Of a stretch of 64,000 nt of DNA, positions 56,645 through 64,000 are shown piece after piece. A model generated the notes under the pieces. The model was given only the letters and a program-made list of their open reading frames with translations. It was not told the origin of the DNA and did no database searches. Every line of letters begins with the position of its first letter. Position 1 is the first letter of the stretch. This DNA is from Escherichia coli (lineage in GTDB: Bacteria; Pseudomonadota; Gammaproteobacteria; Enterobacterales; Enterobacteriaceae), in assembly GCF_003334255.1 (NCBI RefSeq), contig NZ_QOWU01000013.1; one strand, written 5' to 3'. The position numbers and the translations under genes are program-made.

Positions 56645-56689
56645 TCCCCGTTTCTGGCGGTATACTGCGACACAATTCCACCTTGAGTA

Positions 56690-57187
56690 ATGATGATGAA
56701 AACTGTTAAACATCTTCTGTGCTGTGCCATTGCCGCCAGCGCATTAATTTCCACCGGGGTGCATGCTGCGTCCTGGAAAGATGCGCTCTCCAGCGCCGCC
56801 AGCGAACTTGGCAACCAAAACAGCACGACACAGGAAGGCGGTTGGTCGCTCGCGTCATTAACTAACTTGCTTAGCAGCGGAAACCAGGCCTTAAGCGCAG
56901 ATAACATGAACAATGCCGCAGGCATTCTGCAATACTGCGCGAAGCAAAAGCTGGCGTCGGTAACCGATGCCGAAAACATCAAGAACCAGGTGCTGGAAAA
57001 GCTGGGCCTGAACAGTGAAGAGCAAAAAGAAGACACCAACTATCTGGACGGCATTCAGGGTTTGCTGAAAACCAAAGATGGTCAGCAACTCAATCTGGAT
57101 AACATCGGAACAACTCCGCTGGCAGAAAAGGTGAAAACCAAAGCCTGCGATCTGGTGTTAAAACAGGGGCTGAACTTCATTTCCTGA
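56690..57187 (+). CDS. yjjA: Periplasmic protein YjjA (DUF2501), about 164 aa
   Basis: Signal peptide (MMMKTVKHLLCCAIAASALISTGVHA); exact start among the three N-terminal Met codons is uncertain. Confidence 0.75.
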   Translation: MMMKTVKHLLCCAIAASALISTGVHAASWKDALSSAASELGNQNSTTQEGGWSLASLTNLLSSGNQALSADNMNNAAGILQYCAKQKLASVTDAENIKNQVLEKLGLNSEEQKEDTNYLDGIQGLLKTKDGQQLNLDNIGTTPLAEKVKTKACDLVLKQGLNFIS

Positions 57188-57440
57188 ACCGCGAAACGCC
57201 GCGTTTTAGCTGTTACCCGGCTGACGCGGCTCTCTCCTGCCCTTTTCCCTGCTCCTGGACGGTTTTACCCCTGTTACACGGGAAGTGACCGTAATCAAAA
57301 AAGTCTGTTTATAAACTAATTCCTAACAACATCGCATTTTTTTGACACTAGAATTGCAGCAATATGGCGACGCCATTACATTGTGCTTCTCAAAAAGCTT
57401 AAACGTTGGCTAAACGGCCCGGTTTAGTGAGGATCGCCCG

Positions 57441-59732
57441 TTGTCAGAACTACTCTCTTTCGCCCTTTTTCTCGCCTCTGTGCTGATTTACGCATGGAAA
57501 GCGGGACGTAACACCTGGTGGTTTGCAGCCACGTTAACGGTGCTGGGGCTATTTGTCGTTTTAAATATCACCCTGTTTGCCAGCGACTATTTTACTGGCG
57601 ATGGTATTAACGACGCGGTTCTCTATACCTTAACCAACAGCCTGACCGGTGCTGGCGTCAGCAAATACATTTTGCCGGGTATCGGCATTGTGCTGGGGCT
57701 GACAGCGGTGTTCGGTGCGCTGGGCTGGATCCTGCGCCGTCGTCGCCATCATCCGCACCATTTTGGTTACAGCCTGCTGGCGCTCTTACTGGCGCTGGGT
57801 TCGGTGGACGCCAGCCCGGCATTTCGTCAGATAACGGAACTGGTGAAATCCCAGTCACGCGACGGCGACCCGGACTTTGCGGCTTATTATAAAGAGCCGT
57901 CGAAAACTATCCCTGACCCGAAACTCAACCTGGTTTATATCTACGGCGAAAGTCTCGAGCGGACCTATTTTGATAACGAGGCTTTCCCGGATCTCACGCC
58001 TGAACTGGGCGCGTTGAAAAATGAAGGCCTGGATTTCAGCCACACGCAGCAGCTGCCGGGAACAGATTACACGATTGCGGGCATGGTGGCTTCTCAGTGC
58101 GGCATACCGCTGTTTGCCCCCTTTGAAGGCAACGCCTCCGCCTCTGTCTCCAGCTTCTTCCCGCAGAACATCTGTCTGGGAGATATCCTGAAAAACTCGG
58201 GTTATCAGAACTATTTCGTGCAGGGCGCGAATCTGCGTTTTGCCGGTAAAGATGTGTTCCTGAAGTCGCATGGCTTCGACCACTTATACGGCTCAGAAGA
58301 GCTGAAAAGCGTGGTAGCCGACCCGCACTATCGCAACGACTGGGGATTCTACGACGATACCGTTCTCGATGAAGCGTGGAAAAAGTTTGAAGAGCTTTCC
58401 CGCTCAGGTCAGCGATTCTCACTGTTTACCCTGACAGTCGATACCCATCACCCGGATGGTTTTATCTCTCGTACCTGTAACCGCAAAAAATATGATTTTG
58501 ACGGTAAACCGAATCAGTCATTCAGCGCGGTAAGTTGCAGCCAGGAGAACATCGCGACGTTTATCAACAAAATCAAAGCGTCACCGTGGTTTAAAGATAC
58601 CGTCATCGTCGTCTCTTCTGACCATTTAGCGATGAACAACACGGCGTGGAAATACCTCAATAAGCAGGATCGCAATAACCTGTTTTTTGTCATTCGTGGC
58701 GACAAGCCGCAGCAAGAGACGCTGGCAGTGAAGCGTAACACGATGGATAACGGCGCGACGGTGCTGGACATTCTCGGTGGCGATAACTATCTCGGACTTG
58801 GTCGTAGCAGTTTATCCGGGCAGTCGATGTCGGAAATCTTCCTCAATATCAAAGAGAAAACATTGGCGTGGAAGCCAGATATCATCCGCCTGTGGAAATT
58901 CCCTAAAGAGATGAAAGAGTTCACCATCGACCAGCAGAAAAACATGATTGCCTTCTCGGGTAGCCATTTCCGTTTGCCGCTGCTGTTGCGGGTTTCAGAC
59001 AAACGCGTGGAACCGCTGCCGGAAAGCGAATACTCAGCACCGCTGCGTTTCCAGCTGGCCGATTTCGCTCCACGCGACAATTTCGTCTGGGTTGACCGTT
59101 GCTACAAGATGGCACAACTCTGGGCTCCGGAACTGGCACTTTCCACCGACTGGTGTGTCTCGCAAGGGCAGCTTGGCGGTCAGCAAATTGTTCAGCATGT
59201 TGACAAAACAACATGGCAGGGCAAAACGGCATTTAAAGATACGGTCATCGACATGGCGCGTTACAAAGGCAATGTCGATACGCTGAAGATTGTTGATAAC
59301 GATATTCGCTACAAAGCCGACAGTTTCATCTTTAACGTCGCCGGTGCGCCAGAAGAGGTGAAACAGTTTAGCGGGATTTCCCGTCCGGAGTCGTGGGGCC
59401 GCTGGTCCAACGCGCAGCTGGGCGATGAAGTAAAAATCGAGTACAAGCATCCGCTGCCGAAGAAATTTGACCTGGTGATTACCGCCAAAGCATACGGCAA
59501 TAACGCCAGCCGTCCTATTCCGGTACGCGTAGGCAATGAAGAACAAACTCTTGTGCTGGGCAATGAAGTGACCACCACCACACTGCATTTCGATAACCCA
59601 ACCGATGCCGACACACTGGTAATTGTGCCGCCGGAACCTGTCTCAACCAACGAAGGGAATATCCTCGGACACTCGCCGCGTAAGCTCGGGATCGGCATGG
59701 TGGAAATTAAAGTGGTAGAACGTGAAGGGTAA
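57441..59732 (+). CDS. opgB: Phosphoglycerol transferase I OpgB (MdoB), 763 aa
   Basis: N-terminal TM segments plus sulfatase-like periplasmic domain; TTG start codon in this sequence. Confidence 0.93.
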   Translation: MSELLSFALFLASVLIYAWKAGRNTWWFAATLTVLGLFVVLNITLFASDYFTGDGINDAVLYTLTNSLTGAGVSKYILPGIGIVLGLTAVFGALGWILRRRRHHPHHFGYSLLALLLALGSVDASPAFRQITELVKSQSRDGDPDFAAYYKEPSKTIPDPKLNLVYIYGESLERTYFDNEAFPDLTPELGALKNEGLDFSHTQQLPGTDYTIAGMVASQCGIPLFAPFEGNASASVSSFFPQNICLGDILKNSGYQNYFVQGANLRFAGKDVFLKSHGFDHLYGSEELKSVVADPHYRNDWGFYDDTVLDEAWKKFEELSRSGQRFSLFTLTVDTHHPDGFISRTCNRKKYDFDGKPNQSFSAVSCSQENIATFINKIKASPWFKDTVIVVSSDHLAMNNTAWKYLNKQDRNNLFFVIRGDKPQQETLAVKRNTMDNGATVLDILGGDNYLGLGRSSLSGQSMSEIFLNIKEKTLAWKPDIIRLWKFPKEMKEFTIDQQKNMIAFSGSHFRLPLLLRVSDKRVEPLPESEYSAPLRFQLADFAPRDNFVWVDRCYKMAQLWAPELALSTDWCVSQGQLGGQQIVQHVDKTTWQGKTAFKDTVIDMARYKGNVDTLKIVDNDIRYKADSFIFNVAGAPEEVKQFSGISRPESWGRWSNAQLGDEVKIEYKHPLPKKFDLVITAKAYGNNASRPIPVRVGNEEQTLVLGNEVTTTTLHFDNPTDADTLVIVPPEPVSTNEGNILGHSPRKLGIGMVEIKVVEREG

Positions 59733-59744
59733 TTCCTGACTGAT

Positions 59745-59773
59745 GTGTAGGTCGCATAGGGTGCGACCTACAC
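59745..59773. terminator. Hairpin between convergent opgB and lgoD (putative terminator or REP-like)
   Basis: 12-bp perfect stem GTGTAGGTCGCA / TGCGACCTACAC with a 5-nt loop; no clear T-tract, so the function is uncertain. Confidence 0.4.
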
Positions 59774-59869
59774 GCCTTCTACGGCTTACAACACATTATT
59801 AAGAAACAAAAAAAACAGCGCCCAACACTTCCCCGGACGCTGCATGGCAACTTTAATAATCTCGCCTTA

Positions 59870-60892
59870 TCAGAAAGTAATTACGCCTTTAATTAACTCA
59901 CGATTGTTAATCACATCGCGCTCGTAGGTTTCTGCCAGCGTGGCGAACGGATAGCGATGGGTTAACATCATGTCAGCAGTGATTTTTCCTTCCGCCATCA
60001 GTCGACCGACTTTAGCAAAATCTTCCGGCGTGGCGTTGCGGCTGCCCATCATCGTCGTTTCTTTTTTATGGAATTCCGGATCGGAGAACTGCAACTCACC
60101 TTTAAACAGGCCGACAAATACCACCGTGCCGCCGTGACGAATCAAATTCACGGTGTTATTCATCGCATGTTGATTACCTGTCGCGTCGATCACTTTCTGC
60201 GCCAGCGAACCACCAAACTGCGCCCGTAGCTGCGCGTCAAAATCTTCGGCTGACGGGTCCAGTAAAGGTAATTCCAGACGCGTTGCCACATGTTCACGGC
60301 GCGCCGGACTGGTATCCGCCACCACCACCTGTGCGCCATCGGCTTTAGCGATTGCCGCCGCGCCCAGACCGATTGGCCCCGCCCCGACCACCAGCACCTG
60401 CTCGCCGGGAGCAATGGCTGCGCGACGCACCGCATGAGCGCTAATAGCGAAAGGTTCAATCAATGCTGCCGCCTGCGGGTCAATACCGTCTGCGGGCAAA
60501 ATGTTCGCCACCGGCACGCTCAAATACTCACTAAAACCGCCATCCTGATGCACGCCAATGACTGAAATTTTTTCACAGCAATTGGTACGCCCGCTTTTAC
60601 ACGCCGGGCATTGCTGACAGGCAACATAAGGGATCACAGCAACTTGCTGACCATTTTTAAGATCAGCAATATTTTTACCCAGCCCAACAATCTCCCCACA
60701 TATTTCATGGCCTAAAACACGTGGATAACTAAAAAATGGTTGATTTCCACCCCAGGCATGAATATCGGTACCGCAAATCCCGACAGACTTAATTTTTATT
60801 AATGCTTCATTGTCACCCGGAATAGGTATCTCGCGTTGTTTCCAGACTAATTCTTTCGGCTGCTGGCAAATTAAAACATTCATCGTAGACAT
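59870..60892 (-). CDS. lgoD: L-galactonate 5-dehydrogenase LgoD (YjjN), 340 aa
   Basis: Zinc-dependent MDR alcohol dehydrogenase: GICGTDIH, GHEICGEI, GAGPIGLGA Rossmann motif; ATG 60890-60892. Confidence 0.88.
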   Translation of the reverse strand: MSTMNVLICQQPKELVWKQREIPIPGDNEALIKIKSVGICGTDIHAWGGNQPFFSYPRVLGHEICGEIVGLGKNIADLKNGQQVAVIPYVACQQCPACKSGRTNCCEKISVIGVHQDGGFSEYLSVPVANILPADGIDPQAAALIEPFAISAHAVRRAAIAPGEQVLVVGAGPIGLGAAAIAKADGAQVVVADTSPARREHVATRLELPLLDPSAEDFDAQLRAQFGGSLAQKVIDATGNQHAMNNTVNLIRHGGTVVFVGLFKGELQFSDPEFHKKETTMMGSRNATPEDFAKVGRLMAEGKITADMMLTHRYPFATLAETYERDVINNRELIKGVITF

Positions 60893-61030
60893 GATTCGGC
60901 TCTCCACTTTTTGTTGCCTTAGATATCAATGAAAATGAAAAATGGCAGCGGAACGGAAAATCTTTTTTGTGAAAACACACGCATAAAAATGTTTTAAATC
61001 GGGTTTTAATGGACTCACAAGGAGGAAAAT

Positions 61031-61945
61031 ATGAGTCGTTCACAAAATTTACGCCACAATGTGATTAACCAGGTCATTGATGATATGGCGCGGGGTCATA
61101 TCCCTTCCCCACTTCCATCGCAAAGTGCGCTGGCGGAAATGTACAACATCAGCCGCACCACAGTGCGTCATATTCTCAGCCACTTACGCGAATGCGGCGT
61201 CTTGACGCAGGTTGGAAACGACTATGTTATTGCGCGTAAACCTGACCATGATGACGGTTTCGCCTGTACTACCGCTTCAATGAGTGAACAAAACAAAGTG
61301 TTTGAGCAGGCTTTTTTCACGATGATAAACCAGCGCCAGTTACGCCCAGGGGAAACGTTTTCTGAACTGCAACTGGCTCGGGCCGCGGGTGTCAGCCCGG
61401 TTGTAGTAAGAGAATATCTTTTAAAATTCGGCCGTTATAATCTTATTCACAGCGAAAAGCGCGGCCAGTGGAGCATGAAGCAATTCGATCAATCCTACGC
61501 CGAGCAGCTGTTTGAGCTACGCGAAATGCTCGAAACACATTCACTTCAGCACTTTCTCAACCTGCCTGATCATGATCCCCGCTGGCTGCAGGCGAAAACC
61601 ATGCTCGAACGTCATCGGCTACTGCGTGACAACATCGGCAATAGCTTTCGCATGTTCTCGCAACTTGACAGAGATTTTCACTCCTTACTGCTTTCAGCTG
61701 CCGACAATATCTTTTTTGATCAATCGCTTGAGATCATCTCAGTCATCTTTCATTTTCACTATCAATGGGACGAAAGCGATCTTAAACAGCGCAATATCAT
61801 TGCCGTCGATGAGCATATGACCATTCTCAGCGCTCTGATTTGCCGCAGTGACCTTGATGCCACCCTTGCGCTCCGTAACCATTTGAATTCAGCTAAACAA
61901 TCAATGATTCGATCCATTAATGAGAACACGCGTTATGCTCATTAA
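61031..61945 (+). CDS. lgoR: GntR-family regulator LgoR (YjjM), 304 aa
   Basis: N-terminal GntR-type wHTH (LPSQSALAEMYNISRTTVRHIL); divergent from lgoD. Confidence 0.85.
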   Translation: MSRSQNLRHNVINQVIDDMARGHIPSPLPSQSALAEMYNISRTTVRHILSHLRECGVLTQVGNDYVIARKPDHDDGFACTTASMSEQNKVFEQAFFTMINQRQLRPGETFSELQLARAAGVSPVVVREYLLKFGRYNLIHSEKRGQWSMKQFDQSYAEQLFELREMLETHSLQHFLNLPDHDPRWLQAKTMLERHRLLRDNIGNSFRMFSQLDRDFHSLLLSAADNIFFDQSLEIISVIFHFHYQWDESDLKQRNIIAVDEHMTILSALICRSDLDATLALRNHLNSAKQSMIRSINENTRYAH

Positions 61946-62159
61946 GTACGGATTAAAAACAGCAAACTATTAGCGGGTGCACGGTTTTATCAAAAGATAA
62001 ATACCGGGAAATTCCCGCTTACCTATGCTCACAATCAGTCGACTAAAAATGTTTTTGTGAGCGGTAGTAAAGTCCTAAAACTTTAACCTGCCGTTAATGT
62101 CAACCTTGCGTAATGCACAATTACGTAAACAATTAAAATTATAAATACAGGAGTCCGGC

Positions 62160-63521
62160 GTGGAAAAAGAAAATATCACCATCGATCCGCGTTCTTCATT
62201 TACTCCATCTTCGTCGGCAGATATTCCCGTGCCACCAGATGGATTAGTTCAACGCAGTACCCGAATTAAACGCATTCAAACCACCGCCATGTTGTTATTA
62301 TTTTTTGCGGCGGTAATCAATTATCTCGACCGCAGTTCGCTGTCGGTAGCAAATTTAACGATTCGTGAAGAATTGGGATTAAGTGCCACCGAAATCGGCG
62401 CTTTGCTCTCCGTGTTTTCACTCGCTTACGGGATTGCGCAACTTCCTTGCGGCCCACTATTGGATCGTAAAGGCCCACGCCTGATGCTGGGACTGGGGAT
62501 GTTCTTCTGGTCACTGTTCCAGGCAATGTCTGGCATGGTGCACAACTTTACGCAGTTCGTGTTGGTGCGTATCGGTATGGGGATTGGTGAAGCGCCGATG
62601 AACCCATGCGGTGTAAAAGTCATTAACGACTGGTTCAACATCAAAGAGCGCGGACGCCCGATGGGCTTCTTCAACGCAGCTTCTACCATTGGCGTTGCCG
62701 TAAGCCCACCGATTCTGGCGGCGATGATGCTGGTGATGGGCTGGCGCGGGATGTTTATTACCATTGGTGTACTGGGGATTTTTCTCGCCATCGGCTGGTA
62801 TATGCTCTATCGCAACCGCGAGCACGTAGAACTGACTGCCGTTGAGCAAGCTTATCTCAATGCAGGTAGCGTCAATGCCCGCCGAGATCCGCTCAGTTTT
62901 GCCGAATGGCGCAGCCTGTTCCGTAACCGTACAATGTGGGGAATGATGCTCGGATTCAGTGGCATCAACTACACTGCGTGGCTGTATCTGGCCTGGCTTC
63001 CTGGTTACCTGCAAACAGCCTATAACCTGGATTTAAAAAGCACAGGGTTGATGGCGGCTATCCCTTTCCTGTTTGGGGCTGCCGGGATGCTGGTCAACGG
63101 TTACGTTACCGACTGGCTGGTCAAAGGGGGAATGGCTCCGATTAAAAGCCGTAAGATCTGCATTATTGCCGGGATGTTCTGTTCTGCCGCCTTTACGCTG
63201 ATAGTACCACAAGCGACAACATCCATGACGGCGGTTCTGCTGATTGGCATGGCACTGTTCTGTATTCACTTTGCCGGAACATCCTGCTGGGGCTTGATCC
63301 ACGTCGCAGTTGCTTCTCGCATGACTGCGTCGGTGGGCAGTATCCAGAACTTTGCCAGCTTCATCTGCGCCTCTTTTGCGCCGATCATTACTGGTTTTAT
63401 TGTTGATACCACCCACTCATTCCGTCTGGCACTAATCATCTGCGGTTGCGTCACCGCAGCGGGGGCACTGGCGTACATCTTCCTGGTTCGTCAGCCGATC
63501 AACGACCCACGTAAAGATTAA
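62160..63521 (+). CDS. lgoT: MFS L-galactonate:H+ symporter LgoT (YjjL), 453 aa
   Basis: 12-TM MFS architecture; GTG start with upstream AGGAG. Confidence 0.88.
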   Translation: MEKENITIDPRSSFTPSSSADIPVPPDGLVQRSTRIKRIQTTAMLLLFFAAVINYLDRSSLSVANLTIREELGLSATEIGALLSVFSLAYGIAQLPCGPLLDRKGPRLMLGLGMFFWSLFQAMSGMVHNFTQFVLVRIGMGIGEAPMNPCGVKVINDWFNIKERGRPMGFFNAASTIGVAVSPPILAAMMLVMGWRGMFITIGVLGIFLAIGWYMLYRNREHVELTAVEQAYLNAGSVNARRDPLSFAEWRSLFRNRTMWGMMLGFSGINYTAWLYLAWLPGYLQTAYNLDLKSTGLMAAIPFLFGAAGMLVNGYVTDWLVKGGMAPIKSRKICIIAGMFCSAAFTLIVPQATTSMTAVLLIGMALFCIHFAGTSCWGLIHVAVASRMTASVGSIQNFASFICASFAPIITGFIVDTTHSFRLALIICGCVTAAGALAYIFLVRQPINDPRKD

Positions 63522-63528
63522 TCTCCTT

Positions 63529-63560
63529 ATGCCCGATAACATTTTGCTTATCGGGCATTT
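63529..63560. terminator. Bidirectional terminator between lgoT and tsr
   Basis: ATGCCCGATAA...TTATCGGGCAT inverted repeat flanked by A/T-rich runs between convergent genes. Confidence 0.6.
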
Positions 63561-63569
63561 TCATGGCGA

Positions 63570-64000
63570 TTAAAATGTTTCCCAGTTCTCCTCGCTATCT
63601 GCCACGGCCATTTTACGCGGCGCAGCTGGCGTCACGGTTTTTACCACAGCCGATGTTTCACGCTGCTGTTGCTGAATCCGGAACACTGCCACTGCTTCGG
63701 TCAGGCGACTGGCCTGCTCTTCCAGCGCGGCGGCGGCAGCGGCAGACTCTTCCACCAGCGCGGCGTTCTGTTGAGTTACCCGGTCCATCTCAGCAACCGC
63801 TAAGCCAACCTGATCGATACCACGGCTCTGCTCATCAGAAGCAGAAGCAATTTCGCCCATAATGTCCGTCACGCGGGTCACGGCGCTGACAATCTCCGCC
63901 ATTGTTTCCCCGGCGCTTTCGACCAGCGTAGAGCCAACATCCACTTTCCCCACCGAGTCTTCAATCAGGCTTTTAATTTCACGAGCCGCCTGGGCGCTGC
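63570..64000 (-). CDS. tsr: Methyl-accepting chemotaxis protein Tsr, C-terminal part only (gene continues past window end)
   Basis: C-terminus ...[12 protein letters not shown] with the NWETF pentapeptide tether and MCP signalling-domain sequence; the frame stays open to position 64000. Confidence 0.9.
   Translation of the reverse strand, partial: SAQAAREIKSLIEDSVGKVDVGSTLVESAGETMAEIVSAVTRVTDIMGEIASASDEQSRGIDQVGLAVAEMDRVTQQNAALVEESAAAAAALEEQASRLTEAVAVFRIQQQQRETSAVVKTVTPAAPRKMAVADSEENWETF

Overview
This window reads as the reverse complement of the Escherichia coli K-12 chromosome across the conventional coordinate origin; it is ordinary core genome and I see no novel system. The identification rests on protein content, gene order and my recollection of the K-12 reference, not on any database search. 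Gene order runs from an IS186 end beside dnaJ, through dnaKJ, the yaa genes, satP, mog, talB and thrLABC (all minus strand here), then lasT, arcA, creABCD, rob, gpmB, trpR, slt, ettA, nadR-radA-serB, lplA, yjjJ, deoCABD, yjjI-yjjW, yjjV, yjjU, osmY, prfC, yjjG, rimI-holD, rsmC, one tRNA-Leu, yjjZ, fhuF, bglJ-yjjQ, yjjPB, dnaTC, yjjA, opgB, lgoDRT and the 3' end of tsr. About 60 protein-coding genes appear intact and of the expected length. Several true starts lie downstream of the six-frame ORF starts (the track uses GTG/TTG as well as ATG). There is no CRISPR array, prophage, integrase, transposase ORF or island-like insertion, and gene spacing is collinear with the reference as I remember it. 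The one structural deviation is a single tRNA-Leu(CAG) gene where K-12 normally has the tandem leuQ-leuP-leuV triplet. Other points worth a look are the DeoR operators inside the yjjI coding sequence, the uncharacterised yjjI/yjjW glycyl-radical pair, the orphan HipA-like kinase yjjJ, the yaaW/mbiA antisense overlap and a four-unit REP/BIME cluster. SNP-level identity to any reference cannot be verified here.
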